A stretch of 61,179 nt of DNA, filler included, from Basidiobolus ranarum (GCA_040143965.1; 8 parts of 8 records of this genome joined end to end with filler, not necessarily neighbours in it); one strand, 5' to 3'; shown: positions 15,255 to 30,400, numbered from the whole stretch's first letter. Numbers and translations: made by a program. The notes: generated by a model from the sequence alone, not told the origin.

Positions 15255-15354
15255 NNNNNNNNNNNNNNNNNNNNNNNNNNNNNNNNNNNNNNNNNNNNTT
15301 AATTAATTAANNNNNNNNNNNNNNNNNNNNNNNNNNNNNNNNNNNNNNNNNNNN

Positions 15355-16440
15355 ATGGAACATGGATAACGATTACATTTGGTAAATGGCATTTCCCTTT
15401 ACTGGTAGGCCAAGTATCTCTTTGCGAATAGATCTCTATTTCTTTTTCCAGTAGATTCGCTATATCCCTCGAGATGGTGGTATTGTTATACTCAGACTCA
15501 GGATTGAAATAACGTATTAATGGGCGTTCTTTCAACGTTATACAGAGCGATAGAAGCTGTAGGTAAAATCAGTGAGTGAATTTTACTCCTTGTTCCAACT
15601 TTTCATCCCTCTACCTTATCGGCAATAGAATGTAATTCGACGTGGGTTCTTTCAGCCAACTTAGAAGAATATAAGTGAAAGAAGCTCTCTGAAGTCTCAA
15701 AGCTAAATAGATGGGATTCCAGTGCTGGCCATAGTCATACTAATACTTAATACCATGTTACCAATGAAAAATCAGATGTCTTCAAGAACTACCGTAGAAA
15801 TCCAAGAACAATTCATTAATGGAGAGGAAGTACTCGGAGGCCCTGGAAGCCATCAATTTCTTGTAGTATTCTTCTTTCAAGGCTTTAATCATTGAGTTAG
15901 TCAATGACCTACTTTAACTCCACTGTGCATAATATGTTTACCGGTTGTAAAGAACACGTGCGCTCCCTTATACGCTGCACCGTTACCATTTCCATCACCA
16001 CCTTTAACAGAGTCATTGATTAAATAGAATATCGACTCCCAACTAGGGGTCAGTAGATATATTGCCTCCACCTGAGGATAAGGATCTCGCGGGGTATTCA
16101 CTTGTTCTAGAACTACAAGGTAATAGTGTTACCATGAATGAAACAAAGTTTCTAAATTCAACATTCCAATATTTACGAGATACTTCCGCTAAATAAAGAT
16201 CGTTCATCTCAAATACAGAAGTAAGCAGCTCTGAAGTTTCCTGATCAACGATCAGAATCTTCCCCATTGCTGAAGCCTTAACGCAATCCAACATCTCTAA
16301 GAGTCCTACCACCAGTCAAAGTTAATGAAGGTCCCTCAATATATGTATATTAAGATAGATCGAGGGAAATAAGTCGGAGAATATTATAAACACTTACTCT
16401 GCTTTACAACTCTTTTGAGTGAGAATTCTTTTTGTTCCAT
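15355..16440 (-). CDS. Sec1/Munc18 family protein, 5' part (multi-exon, 3' truncated)
   Basis: KILIVDQET, RDPYPQVEAIYLLTP, YKGAHVFFT, ESHLFSF, LLSLCITLKERPLIRY. Confidence 0.82.
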
Positions 16441-18659
16441 TGGTGAATTTATTTTCTGAAGGTTCAGGTGCTACTTTACTTTTCGACTAAAGGATACAAG
16501 TACTAACGTTAATGTAACTACGGAATTATTCTGTTCAGGGGCTGTGACTATTTAGACATAATTTAGATAATAGGCTAAGCCTCCTTTTTAAAATATATGG
16601 ATCGCACCAGTCTAAGTTTCTCAGCTTAACATAATAGTACAAATGGGAAATCATCAGCCCTTCTTCGTAGTAATAACATTGATTAAGGGAAGCAAGTTGT
16701 ATTGGATATTTGTTTACGAAAATGAGGGCAGCCAGCAAGTTTAAAGCTTTACTCAAACATTTGTATTGACTTTAGTGTACAAAAATTCAAATTTGAACAC
16801 AAGTACAACGCTCCTCAGCTGATGAAGGATAGGTTTAATTACCATAGTTAGGTTGCTTACATCAGAACACTGTATGAATGTGAGATAAGCTGTCATTATT
16901 AGTACTTTACTGTATTGCAGGTACTTGCAATTGTATTAGTAATGGAGGAAAATAAGATTAAGAATGTTCCTGGATGTGCAACTAGGAACAAGGGAAGAGC
17001 AGAATTAGACTGGTATGAAACTTGAAATAAGAATTTCAGAAACTAAATACTATCAACTCTGGTGTCAAAGATTAGCATGCAAAATGAAATTTAGATATAT
17101 ATGTTACAACGTATCTGCAATCGCTAGACTTGAAAACAGAAGATATTACTAAGTCTTTGAACCAGTAGGATATTGCACGATGAACATATTTGCAACCAAT
17201 ACTCTCAATATATATTAAATACATATGTTCCAATATTAACATTGTAACTGCACTTGGCATAAACAAAATAGATTTGGATGCGAGAGTAAGTAATATTTAA
17301 GCAATTTTATATCTGTAAGATTTGCTATAGAGGGCAGGCATGAATAAGCTGTAGGATGTGAAGTGAAAGCTTAGAATAGCATATGTTGTATAAAATGTTG
17401 GTAACTGAAGTTTCCATGAAGTTAGTACGAGTACAGTGAGCATAGTCTAAAGGTTTGATATATTAGACACAAACTCTACCCGAGTTCCACAACGCCTTTA
17501 CCTGAGTAGTATAGTGCTATATTTGCCAACCACATAAATCCTCTGACTGAACACTGTTTATGCTAGTCATGAATGGATGACAACCGTATAATGAACAGCG
17601 CCAGTCCCTGACTTTCAATTACTCAATCAAACACTAGATATCAGGGGTCATTAATTAGTCTCATACAACTAAAGCTCCAAACTATGGACCAAGAAGTCTA
17701 GAAATATCCATGGGAACCAAGTGACCAGTGCCATTCGATGTTGCAACTAAAGTTGGTAGGTTCATGATCCAAAAGCGACTGTCCCCTTTGAGATCGACTG
17801 TCAAATATTCATCATTTAATTAAAGCCTATTTTTACTCGGTCATGTCTCACTAGATTCCAGATCAAAGCACCTTAGAATCACTAGCCTAGGTACTTAAAA
17901 GTATTCCTTAGTATTGGCAACGATCTTAGTGCAGGATCCATACAGTGGATTCTCACGTAGTGTTATCATCACAACCATCACATTCTTCGAAATAGGATTG
18001 ACTTGACACATTAAGGGTAGATGATTGATTGGCTCCAATTCATTCCCTCATTCATTGATGTGTTTGTACAACATTTCTTGGAATATTCCGAATAGGCATC
18101 TCGTTTCATACATACCAGTTAAATGCTACTGTACATAGAATTAATATGGTTCTCAGAATCAATGCTCGAGTTGGAAGAGGTTAGTCAGATCATTAGTATT
18201 ATTATTGTATAGATACTTGTATGGAGGTTGGATGCTGGTGTCGCTAAGCTTGATCAACTCACCTGATGATAGAGAGCATTTCATGGTGGTACAATATAAA
18301 GAGGAGTGGTGGAAAAAGGGAATTGACGAATTTACAATTTTAGATAGTTGATACGAGGGCATTTAATATCACCTCAATAAAGTAGCCAAGTGATGAAAAA
18401 AGGGGGACTGGAAAAATAGGTTAAGGATTTTGTGGTATGGGGAAAATGGGTCATTAGAAATTGAATCGAATATTCACCAAGGCAATGTTTAGTACATCAC
18501 AATGCCTGCCTGCTATATGAGTTTCAAGGGCAAATGATTGGTATGTGGTCCTATATGTTGGGTATCAACTTCCGAAAGATCCTCTTACTACAATAAATGG
18601 GTGTTAGTAATGTATCCAGGCGATTGTTTGAGGTATCAAGATATATTCACCTAGCGGGT

Positions 18660-19891
18660 TTATAAAATTACGCAGCAGCCACTGTTTGTCTTCATGGGTT
18701 GTTCACGTTCTCCTCTGTGATGTGCTGCTTCTTTAACTATATTTCCAGTGCTATAGGCTAGACGAGTATCGGCCTGACTGGGATTTGGCGTATGCTTTTC
18801 TGATCCCTATTGCATTTTTGAAAATAAATCCACCATAATCGTTTAGATGTTGGAATATTGCTTGGAATTGAAGTATGAATCTCATTTACCATTGTCTCAC
18901 GGAGATTCTTCAGGTGAATAGCTTGTGGTTCAATAGAGCCGATTTCCTACAGATTGATGTTAGCTTATCCTCTTCGCTATAGAAAATACATGTATAAAAA
19001 CTATAATCATACTCGTTGTTGCTTTGTCAAATGTGCCTCTCTTTCATTCAATTCACCAGAGTAAGAGTTACAGCCTTTGGAATAGACTCCAGAGGGCTTG
19101 ATGTTTGAAGGCTGATCCTTATACGATTGATTATCCGCAATACGACTGTTACCTAGATCTCCATCAGAAGTAGCATTGCTACTAGCCGGCTTGGATTTTG
19201 AATTGGCATGAGGATTGGCTGTCTGATTGCTCTCCAAATCCTGAGTTTTCGATTGTTTACCATCAGTAGTTTTATCTGTGTAGGCTGAGCCTTGATTTTG
19301 GCCATACCAGATATCCGCCAAGGCCATTCTATCTTCACCGCTTTCATCTCCAAAGACCTCACCATTCATCTTCATTCGTTTATAAACAGTGGGTATAACA
19401 ATTTCATCAAAAGGAATAGCGGAGGATTTCTTGGAGGATACAGAGCCGAAATTATTATTGTTCATGCTGGTTTCTAGATGTTTACTTTCCGTATCGGATG
19501 AAGATATAGTAGAACTTGGCGATGGCATAGGGGCAAGCTTAGTAGGCTTAGTTGGACGAAAGTCTTTCGAAGGAGTTCTATTGAGATCCATTTTTCGGCA
19601 CCTATCGAACTCCATGGATGAGCGAATTTTATCTCGTTTTTGGAAGGGTAGAGGTACTTTGCGTTGATTTGAGTCAGGGTCTAAAGGCTCTACTTTTGTT
19701 TCCTAGATATACAGTCAGTATTTTTAATAAATGCTTTTCAAAATAATATGCTACTACTAAGATTAACTGACATTCATCCGGTGTTTATTGAAGCGAATCT
19801 CAAACGCCGAAATGGTGGATGATGGAGAACCATCCATGTAAGAAGATGTAGGTGAAGAGTTTCCTTCGGTTATCAAGCACTCCCTATCCAT
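18660..19891 (-). CDS. Hypothetical low-complexity protein ending in a CaaX box (multi-exon)
   Basis: ATG at 19891 (MDRECLITEG..), GT..AG introns, a large exon containing DEIVIPTVYKRM, and a last exon ending KTNSGCCVIL-stop. Confidence 0.6.
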
Positions 19892-21227
19892 CTTGGTATT
19901 TTACAACCCAACACTATCAATGATAATTACTTAGAGCTCGATACCTTTGGTTCACAGCAAAGAAGGTAAAAACTCAATCAAAGTTTGGTAATAAAGATAG
20001 ATATATCAGGGATTTACTATAAACTAAAAGAAAGATAAAAGGTGAAAGAATTCTCCAAAGCGATGAAGTACTCCAAAGGAACTTTAACAAGGGGGAGTGA
20101 TGAAGAGCAGAGATCCAGAATTGAAGTGAAGGTGGCGCATGTATACCGGACCCCACACTTAAGACATCTCTCTCGGACGCATTCAATGAAAAAAACTGAA
20201 ACTTGATTGGATATAATGGGGTGATAGATTTGTACAAACTACTCTTTAAGGAGATTAGAATTTAAAATTGAGTATAAAATAAGCGAATTTAACTTTGAAC
20301 CTTCTAATTAGTATTGCCTTAAATGATACCTTCATCTTAATCAGATATTAATATGACTAACTAGTACAATTGGATCCGACCCATCAAATTGATTCATCTC
20401 TCAGTTTTTCCAGAAACAGCAGCAGAGCATTGTAGGTACCAGTTTTGCTAGACGCGGAGTTAGGTTGCATGCGTAAGTTCGTCGAGGCCGCCACTAGTCT
20501 AAGAGGAATCCGTTAGAAACCAACGATTGAGCGCATGCTGTAGTGTGATAGGTGTCTCTCTATGTCATTTGAATCAAGAGTGAATCTAAAAACGCCGAAG
20601 GGCGGTTGCAGAACTCAGCAATGTGGGGGGTATCTGCATCGATGATTCGAGGCCCAATTGAAAGTAGCACCTCCAGCGCGGACAATGAATTTATGATTCC
20701 ACGTGAGGACTAGAACCACCAAGTAACTAAAGGTGAGTTTTACTAATTTGACACAAATTGAACAGCTTTGAATAATTTCTCCAATTTTCGTTCCATCTGG
20801 ATCCTAACGGATTGTCAGTATTACTGACCAGTCTTGTTAGTTGGAAAATCAATGATGAGACTCAAAATCCGCCACTTCCTTATGTCCAAGAATTTTTATG
20901 GTTTATCCGGTTTCAATACCAGAATATTGTCTTCATATTGCCCATGCATCTATATTGCAACAATACTTTAGTAGTAAAGCCTGCATTTTTGCTCTTTGGA
21001 ATTGGGCAAGTATACTGGTAAGCTCATAAAGTCAGCGGGTTAAATGTTAACGTGTATTCTATGATCACAAGCAATCTTCGGCAATCTGGCCAGGTATACA
21101 TTCATTGTTCTCTCCTTATGTTTTTGGAAGTATTTTGAGAGTTGTTGTTGCTGGTACTATTTCCAAATATTCACACTGTGCCATGATGTATTTGAAGAAA
21201 AATGCATTAGGCGCTCAATGTTAATGG

Positions 21228-21543
21228 TGTTAAAGTATTTTGGGAGCCTGTTGGAAGTGGTTTTTCGAACTAGAAGAATTGGTGGTTTTCATGTATTGAT
21301 TTATTGAGTAGAAAGTCGGCATTTATAGTTTTGTCAAGAGGTAACCAAGAAAACGCGTAGAATGTATTAAGGAAGGTCTCAGGAACATGTGTGCAAAGTT
21401 TGAGGCTTCTAGGACAAGTTTGAAAAAATCTTTCAAGTAAATTCCAATCTCAAATAGTAGGTGATATCTTAGTATTTAGTTATTCCATATTTCACTAAGC
21501 TATATATGACTATGTAGATGTTTAGGCTATGTTAATTTCAACA
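21228..21543 (-). repeat. Solo LTR of copia family B (with an internal deletion)
   Basis: TGTT..CAACA ends; aligns by eye to 38556-38902 and 40954-41301; no adjacent PBS or internal sequence. Confidence 0.75.
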
Positions 21544-22157
21544 ATGTTCTTGGACATGTACAATGATATACTTTTAGATACCTTGTTTAATAGAGAGCTG
21601 CATGTTAGAAAATTGTAAGAATAACAAAGTATCTAAATACTTCAAAATGATCAAGAACCACAATCTGCTCAGTCATTACAACAGATAGTAATGCTTGTTT
21701 CATATAGAAAACGATTTGCCAGATACTCTTCAGGAATAGCTCAAAGAACATAGAGTCAGTTTCGTAAAGCTGGTATTGACATGCCTTTATCAGATGAGAT
21801 AGAAGACCTAAAGAAGTATATTCAAAGCGATAGACCTCTCACTCTTAAAGATGCTATACCTATTACCCCTGGGTGTAGGTATCAGGGAGTATAATATGGA
21901 TATATATATATATTGTAACCGAGTTATATTTGGTCTGTATACTTTGTTTTGTGCTGAAAAATATGAAGCTCGATGATCAGGAGCAATCAACGTGGATTTT
22001 AATAATGGCTGTAGTAGTAAAGAACAGGTGGAGTGAAAGTATGGGGTGTAAGTATATACATGTTACTTAATTGGTTAAGAGATAGGAGTTGGTGTGGAAT
22101 AGCAGTAAGGGAATAGCTGAAGTTTGGTGAATCTGACAACCTGGATTTGGTTAAAGT

Positions 22158-22923
22158 TTAAACACCTCCACCACTTCTCTCAGTAGGGATCTGCCTGTTA
22201 TACGCCATATTGGGATGCTCCCGAGATTTGGCATTGGAGGTGGTGTACTCAGAAGGCAATCCCATAGTTCTCAAGAAATTAAAGGATTCTTCATACTCCT
22301 TTTGTTTACGTGCTTTATCCCAGTTGAGTTCTTTGCTCATAATTTCAATTACTCGAGGAAGTGACTCCATAGCAGCATGAGCATTCAAGAAGGCCAATCT
22401 AGTGCGACGAGCAAGAACATCAACTGCTGTGCAAGCATATTCGTTACGAATTGAGTATATGACTTCGGCTTCTATGTATGGATAAAGGTTGTTCAAACGA
22501 GTGCCAACCTTTGGGAAAGGCTTGTTAGTAGATTCAGCTAAAGCAGCTACACCCCAGGCACGATCACCATAGCTAGAGGCTAGATGTTTAGCAACCTCAG
22601 TTTCTAAACCAAAATGTTGGATCAGTTTAATAAACATGGTATTGCTGTATTCATGAGATCCAATAAGCTTGGTGGTCTCCGTACGGCAACTGGACGAGGG
22701 TATCAGATCAAGAACTTTTATAGCCTTATCGACAGTTTCCTCAGCCATAGCTCTGTAGGTTGTCCACTTGCCTCCAGCGATGGTGATGAGATTGCTATCA
22801 CTAACGTTTATCATGTGGTTACGAACAAGAGAGGCCGTATCCTTACTGGATGGATCGCGAACGAGGGGTCGGATACCTGACCACGCTGCTAGAACATCAC
22901 TACGGCGTACCTTAACATCTGGG
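22158..22923 (-). CDS. GUT2: Mitochondrial FAD-dependent glycerol-3-phosphate dehydrogenase, 3' part
   Basis: DVLAAWSGIRPLVRDP, LITIAGGKWTTYRAMAEETVD, HLASSYGDRA, YPYIEAEV, DVLARRTRLAFL. Confidence 0.92.
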
Positions 22924-23299
22924 NNNNNNNNNNNNNNNNNNNNNNNNNNNNNNNNNNNNNNNNNNNNTTAATTAATTAANNNNNNNNNNNNNNNNNNNNN
23001 NNNNNNNNNNNNNNNNNNNNNNNTAGTTCTCTGAGATTTTAGCCAATCATTTGCAACTATTTTGCAAGATCTTGAAATTTCACTCCTGAAACTGAAAAAA
23101 TTGATTAAAATCAAATCTAACTTGTCAATTTTATGACGGTAATTAAACGGTTAAACCCAAATGGATTAAAATTGTGACGGTTTTCCTACAATAACAATCC
23201 TCAAATTTCTGTTGGGGTCTACTCTATCAGGCATCACATTACTACTATCCAAGTACAAAACTAAACTCCATGGTTTAACCATCCAGAGCCAGGTCAGAT

Positions 23300-24650
23300 T
23301 TCAGCATGATCACTGATATCAATTCACCAAGTAGTTGGTGTAACATCAAATTTGGTATTATCTGTAAGCCTAAGATTATATTGCAAAAGGGGATCAGCTG
23401 GAGCCAGAGCTTCCCATTAGGCACTATGCACTTACTATTCAACAACATTCTGCAACTACTTACTCAGCTATATAGTGGAAAATTCAATATGAATGAGCCA
23501 TTTGAGATAGAATCAAAGTTTGAATCAATTGGGAAAATGCTTCAAAATGTCAAGATACCATCATATTTTACCTGGACTCCTAGCAATATCAACTCATCTA
23601 GGCATGTATCCAAATACAAAGACTGGAAGTAATGGACTTGTATATATTAAAGAGGAATCTTGAAAAGATTTCTCCCTGGTAAGTATTGGCAACACTAGGA
23701 GTTGTTTGTGAATGCTATTAATATAATCTTAAGGCATCAACTTACATTGGCAGATTTCAGACAGATTCAGCAACTGTGCAAAGAGTTTGTAATTGGGTAT
23801 GAAAAACTTTATTACAGGTTTAAAGAAGATAGACTGAAACTATGACAGTGTTCAATATATTCCCTGCAGCATCTTTCATAATGCTTAGAGATTATAAGCC
23901 CTTGTTGTACATTCTGGGAGTTCACAACTAATTGCACCTGTGATGAAATGATGCTCTGTGTAAAATCATCAGTATTAACATATGCTAATCTGATTAACAA
24001 TAAATCAGCAAAATTTGTGATGAATGTAATGCAATAGGTTCAGGAGACTCTACAGTATGTTTACCTTCCAAAAAATGGCTCTTTTCAAAGTGCTCATGGG
24101 CTTTTGCATTGTTTGAGCACAACAACAGCAACAAAACACAACCCATGGACACACAGTAAGTACCTCTATAATTTGTACTAATTTGTTTGCATGACAGTCT
24201 GATGGTTTTTCTGGGAAAGCTGCAAGATAGACTTCTTAGTGAGATAGATCAAGATACACAGTCTTATTGTTTTAATCATGGCATAATCTATTAAAGCAAT
24301 GACACATCTACTTGTGGCAGGACATTTGTTGACTGCAAATTGGGGATGATTTGGTGGAATTTTTTATAGAAATTTGCTAAAATCCAAGAGCTTATTCTCA
24401 TTGTGAATGGTAACAAGAGTCAGCTATTTGCCAGGTGTTAGTGCTATTCATAATTTGAGATGTTTAGCAATTTTCCCTCTCATTAGTTTGCGGGTAAAGC
24501 ATATGGCTGTTGTTGGGTTATGGGCGCTCCGTTGTGTGTGTGCATATGTAGAGACCAAACACAACAGGATTCTTGCATTTTTTGATTCTCATTATGGTTG
24601 GAATTGAAAGCCATAAATATCTAAATAAAGGCATGCATATTAATATGAAT
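23300..24650 (+). mobile_element. Possible decayed DNA transposon (hAT-like) remnant
   Basis: Broken frames give ICDECNAI (near 24015) and DG..GKAAR..SYCFNHG (near 24200-24280), resembling the hAT DE and CxxH motifs. The region is CpG-poor like the neighbouring TEs. Confidence 0.3.
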
Positions 24651-24914
24651 TCCTACGGTAGTAAACCCAGTAGTTTGCCATTTGAAAATTAGATATTTGC
24701 AAAAATTGCCGGAAGTTACATAATGCATGCCAAGTGTGAGGATCAATATTTTGACATGTACAAATATCATCAAAACATCATCAAGAAACCACTATGACAC
24801 CATCAAAATACCTGGCAGAATGCAAGCCACCAAAACTATGATGGCTCTCTGATGGTATTGTGATCCAGAAGGGTGGATCAGATCCAGATCAAATTGATTT
24901 TATTTTTGTTAAGG

Positions 24915-27250
24915 TTCATTCAAGCACTATAAAGCAATGGTAGAGAAAGAATCAGCACAAAATATAAGGGTATCAAGTGGTGATAATGGTGGAGAATACT
25001 GCTCTAAAGACTTTGCTAGTTTCTGTTCTAAACATGGTATTAAATGGCATGCTATTGTACCTTATACTCCATAATAATATGGAGTTGCCAATGATGCCAG
25101 TAGAACCATAGTGGAGATGGCAATATCAATATTACATGATCAAAAGTTAAAAAACCAATATTAGACTGAATCTGTCTCTACTGCACTCTGTATCAAAAAC
25201 ATATGGGCAGCAAGATTGCTACAAAACCTATGCAATGTGAAGCCCTATATGTATCAAAACCAAGTGTGGACATCTTGGGATCTTTGGTTGCATGGCATAT
25301 TGCCTAATTCTGGCTCAAAAATGCTCCAAATGATATCCCAAAGCATTATAGGCAATAACATCACAGGATGATTCAGGACTTGACAGATCATCTAGAAGGA
25401 GAAATAAGCCCATAAGCTGGTGGAACACTTCCAATGATGCTGTGTATGCTTATGCAGTTTTCTATGACAAGACACAGACTCTACAGCAAGCTCTGGAGTG
25501 TTTCATATCAAAATTGTTGGAAAAACAATGTCCAATGAATTTTCTTCACTTCAGGACATTAAACATGGTTTTAAGTCCTCTACCACCAGGGAGGAAGCCA
25601 ATAAGTTGCAAATGGATTGACAAAGTTAAAAATCTAGCTGATGAAGCCATAGAAAGGTACAAAGCATAAATAGTTGCAAAAGTTCATTCCCAGACTCCAA
25701 GAGTTGATTTAAATGAAACCTTTGCTCTAGTAGTTATGCTTAGCTCCATAGGATCATTCCCCACTCTCTCAGCTGCCCATAGCCTTGATTTACATCAAAT
25801 GGATGTAAAAACAGCCTTTCAGAATGGAAATCTAGAAGAAGGAATCTATGTGGAGAAACCAGATGTTTTTGTTCACCCAAAGCACCTTGATATGGTCCGT
25901 AAACTTCAAAAATTGCTATATGGATTCAAGTAAGCACCCAGAGTATGGTGCAACAAGATAGATACCTATTTAGAATAATGACAATTCCGAAATGCTCAGC
26001 AGTACAGATTAATTATATCAAAACAAGCAGAAATAGGATCCTTAAGTTGGCACTGTAATTGGATGTCTTGAGCATAGCCACAAATAATTTAGAAGCCCTG
26101 AATCAGATGAAAAGCAGCTTATTAAGCCAATTTCAGATGACTGATATGGGTCAATGAAGTTAATTTCTTGGAATCCAAGTCAAGAGAAAAGAATCAATTT
26201 AGAAACTCATGCTGAAACAGTGTAGACACACCCTAGACCTCCTAAAGTGCTTCAACAAGGAGAAAAGCAAGTCTGTATCAACATTAATGATCCCAATATG
26301 AATATAATCAAAATTCCATCTGATATGGCCCAGAATGACCAAAATCAAAGTCAGGAGTTCCCTGTTCAATCCATGGTGGTAAGTTTAATGTATACAATTG
26401 TTTGATCAGGTCCTGATATAGCTGTGGCAATCAGAACTATCAGCCAATATCTCAGAAATCCAGGATCTAAGCTCAAAACAGCAGTAAAATGGATATTCCA
26501 ATATTTCAAAGGAACTAAAGATCTGGTTCTGGAATACTCTGGCTCTCCAAATGAACAAAATTTAGAAGGCTACAGGAATGCAGACTGGGGAAGAAATCTT
26601 GATGACAAAAGATGAACAACTGGGTACACTTTTCTCAATGGTAGTGAAGCCTTAACTTGGTAAAGTAAGAAGCAACTAACTGAAGCACTTTCCACTACAG
26701 AAGCAGAATATATGGCTGCCTCTGCTACTACACAAGAAGCTATGTGGTAAAGGAAGTTATTTACAGATTTAGGATACATGCAAATATGAGCTGTTACAGT
26801 AATTGAAGATAATGAAAGTTGTATTTCACTACCTAAAAATCCCACATGCCTTGCAAGAACAAAACATAATGTGATTAGGCATCATTTTGTTAGAGAAGCA
26901 ATACAGAATGACATAAATGAGGTTGTCTGTTGCCCTGCTGAAGAAATGATGGCAGACATCTTGACAAAACCTTCAGCTAGAGCACAATTTCAGTTATCAA
27001 GATACAAGTTAGATTTAAGAGAAATATGGAATAATTAGTTGAGTGGGAATGTTGATATTGGGTAAAAAGAAACGCATTATTTGGTAGTTAGTTTATTCAT
27101 ATTGTGGTTACTAAGTATTCAATTCTGCCAATTCAAAACATGTGCTTATCACTCTATCTGATAGAAATGTCAATTAGATCACTTTTACCAATTTTCACCA
27201 TTTCATGAAAACTTCTCCAAATGATATCTAATTTTCACCCATACTTAACA
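24915..27250 (+). mobile_element. Decayed Ty1/copia LTR retrotransposon (integrase-RT-RNaseH-PPT-3' LTR), family A
   Basis: FKHYKAMVEKES, DNGGEY, LPPGRKPISCKW, LHQMDVKTAF, ADWG, ALSTTEAEY; purine tract GAGTGGGAA then TGTTGA..TTAACA (27050-27250); many stops. Confidence 0.9.
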
Positions 27251-27462
27251 GGCTTGCTTGTTATGATCTAAGCATGTCCAATATTCTATATCACTGTAAA
27301 ATAGAAATAGGACATATGCAACTCAGTAAAACTCAAGTGTCTAGTTCACAAATCCCTATCTTGTTCAAAACTCTTCCAAGTCCCATTTGATTGCATATGT
27401 TGTATTTATTGTCTACTATGGAATGGAACTATTGGATGTGCTTAAATCGTAACAAACATGCC

Positions 27463-30400
27463 TGTTAAGCATGAATGAAAATTTGAGGTGATTTGGAGAA
27501 GTTTTGAGAAATTAATGAAAATTAGTAAAAGTGATCTAATTGATACTTCTGTCAATTAGAGCAATAAACACACATTTTTGAATGGCCAAACTGATTGCTA
27601 AATCATCAAAATGTGAATAAACTAACTAACAAATAATGGGTTGCTATTTATATAATTTCAACATTCCCAAGCAACTAGTTATTTTGTACTTCTCTTAAAT
27701 CTAACCTAAATCTTGATAATTCAAATTGTGCAATAGCAAAAGTTTAAATTAAGTTGTCTGCAAGCATTTCTTCAGTAGGGCAATATGCAAGTTCAATTAT
27801 ATCATTATCTGTTCTTTTTCCAACACAATGATGCCTGATATCTATATATTTTGTTCTATCATGAAATGTAGGGTTTTGGATAATGAAATACAGCTTCAAT
27901 TATCTTCCAATAAGGTAATAGCACATTTGTACATGTATCCTAGGTCTCTAAATAACTTCCTCAACCACATGCCATATACTCAGCTTCTGTAGTGGAAAGT
28001 GCCATGGTTGGTTGCTTTGGACTATTTCAAGTTATAGCTATATTACCATAGAGAAAATATACTCAATTGTAGGTCTTATGCTATTAAGCTTTTGTCCACA
28101 GTCTGCCTCACTGTAGCCTTAAAAATATTGTACATTGGGAGTGCCAGATTATTCCAGAACTCAATCTGCAGTTCCTCCCAAATACCTGAATATTTGTTTC
28201 ACTGCAGTTTGGTGCTCAGATCCTGGATTTTTGAGATATTGGCTGACAGTTCCCACTGCCACAGCAATGTCTGGACATGTTCCAACAGCCATACACATTA
28301 AGCTACCCACCATGGATTGATAGGGAAACCACTGGCTTTGATTTGAGTCCTTTGGGCCAAATTGGATGAAATGTTGATCATTTTCACAATTGGATCCATT
28401 GGTATTGATATAGGCTTGCTATTGTCCTTGTTGAAGTCTGTTATAAAGTCTAGGATGTATTCCACCTAATTCAGCATGCTTATCTCATTGGGTTAGTGTC
28501 TCTGACTTGAATTCCAAGGAAATAGCTTCCTGCACCCATATCATGCATCTGAATTTGTCTTGACAAACTGCTTGTCATCTGATCAAGTGCTTAAAGACCA
28601 TATGTGGCTATGATCAAGTCAACCACATATAGTGCCAAGATAATGATCCTATTTCCGGTTGTTTTGGTGTAAATACTATTATTTGCCATGCATTTTTAGC
28701 ATTCCAATAATTCCAAACAGATATGTATCTGGTTATACTACACCCTGCGTGCCTGCTGAATTCCACATAGAGAATTTTGCAGTTTACAGACCAAATCAGG
28801 GTTTTTTGGGTCAAAAAATCCATCTTGTTGCTCCATATAAGTCTCTACGTATAGATTTTCAATTGCAAAATGCTAGTTTTATATCCATTTGATATACTGA
28901 GGTTTCAGACCAATGAAAGTATCAGATTTAATCTAACATAGCTAAACTTTGCCACAGGAGCAAAAGTAGCATTAAAGATAACTCCTGGAGTCTGGCAATA
29001 CCCTTTTGCAACTAATATGGCTTTGTACCTTTTTATGGTTGCATTAGCTTGATTTTTGATTTTATAGATCAATTTACAATCTATTGCCATTTTTCTTGGT
29101 GGTAAAGAATTAAAAACCATTGTTTCATTATACTGCAATAAAGAAAACTCATCAGATGTAGCTTTTCCCATATTTTTGATGCTAGATACTCCAGAGCTTG
29201 ATCTAAACTCTGTGACTTGTCACAGATTGCTATATACATATAAACATCATCATAGGAAGTGTTTCACCAGTTCCCTGGCTTATAGCCCCTTCCACATGAT
29301 CTGTTAGACCCTAAATCTTCTTCTGATGTCATTAGGACAGGTATTGTAGATGAATTGGGCTGCAACACAGCTGAATTTGATCAGACACTCCCTGACTAGT
29401 GCTAATTGTGTTTTCTGGATAAAGAGCTGCAATTGAGATGAAGAATTTTTGTTTTCATCAAAAACTACATCATTGACTTGATTAACTTCTAATTTTTGAA
29501 TCAAGCACTCTGTGGCCCTTAAATTCAGCATGGTAACCAAGAAATAAATATCTTCTGCTTTTAGGTTCCAATTTAGTGTGTTTTTGAGCTGGAATTAGGC
29601 AATATGTAGTGCAATCAAAGATCCTGAGGTGATCCACACTTAGCTTTGATCCATATAGGGCTCCAAACAGAGTACAATTCTGTTGCAATCTTGTTGAGCA
29701 TCTATTTTTACTATAGACTGCATTAGAAATAGATTCAGCCCAACATTGTTAATCTAACTCTTGAACATCTAACATTGATCTTACCATCCACACTATGCTC
29801 TTATTAGCATGTTCTTCTATTCAATTTTGCTGTCAAGTATAATCTGCAGTAGTTTGTTGCTTAATTCCTTGTATTAAAAAGAGACCAGCATAGTAGTGAG
29901 AGCAGTATTCTCCACCATTATCACTTCATTGTACCCTGAATTTTTGTACTGATTCCTTCTTTACCATTGCTTTGTAGTGCTTGAATGCAGCTAAGGCTTC
30001 TGATTCTGTTTTGAGAGCATATGCCTAAGTATATCTTGTTTTGTCATCAATCAAGGTCTTAGAGGACCTTTTGCTACCTAGTGAGACATTTTACATGGAC
30101 CCACAATGGTCAGAATGAAACAGGGAAAAATTCTGAGGGAATTTTGTCTCTTGAGAGCTTGAAAATGGCTGTTTGTGTTTTTTGTGATATGTGTAAGCTT
30201 CACACAGATCTAATTTGGTGATGTTTTCATTTTCTAAGCCCAAAACAAGCTGATTACAGATTGTTTGAGTCAGTTTTTGTACCCTGTTGTAGCATAATCT
30301 TTTGTGCCACATTTCACTTCTAATGGACAGGTTGGCATACTCGGAATGCAATGTGTTGATTTTGAGCTTGCATAAATTTTAAGTATCAATCCCAGTAGCT

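Noticed and set aside
20400-20750. Relatively GC-rich intergenic patch, possible ncRNA
   Set aside because: No recognisable snRNA, snoRNA or tRNA motifs; may simply be regulatory DNA.
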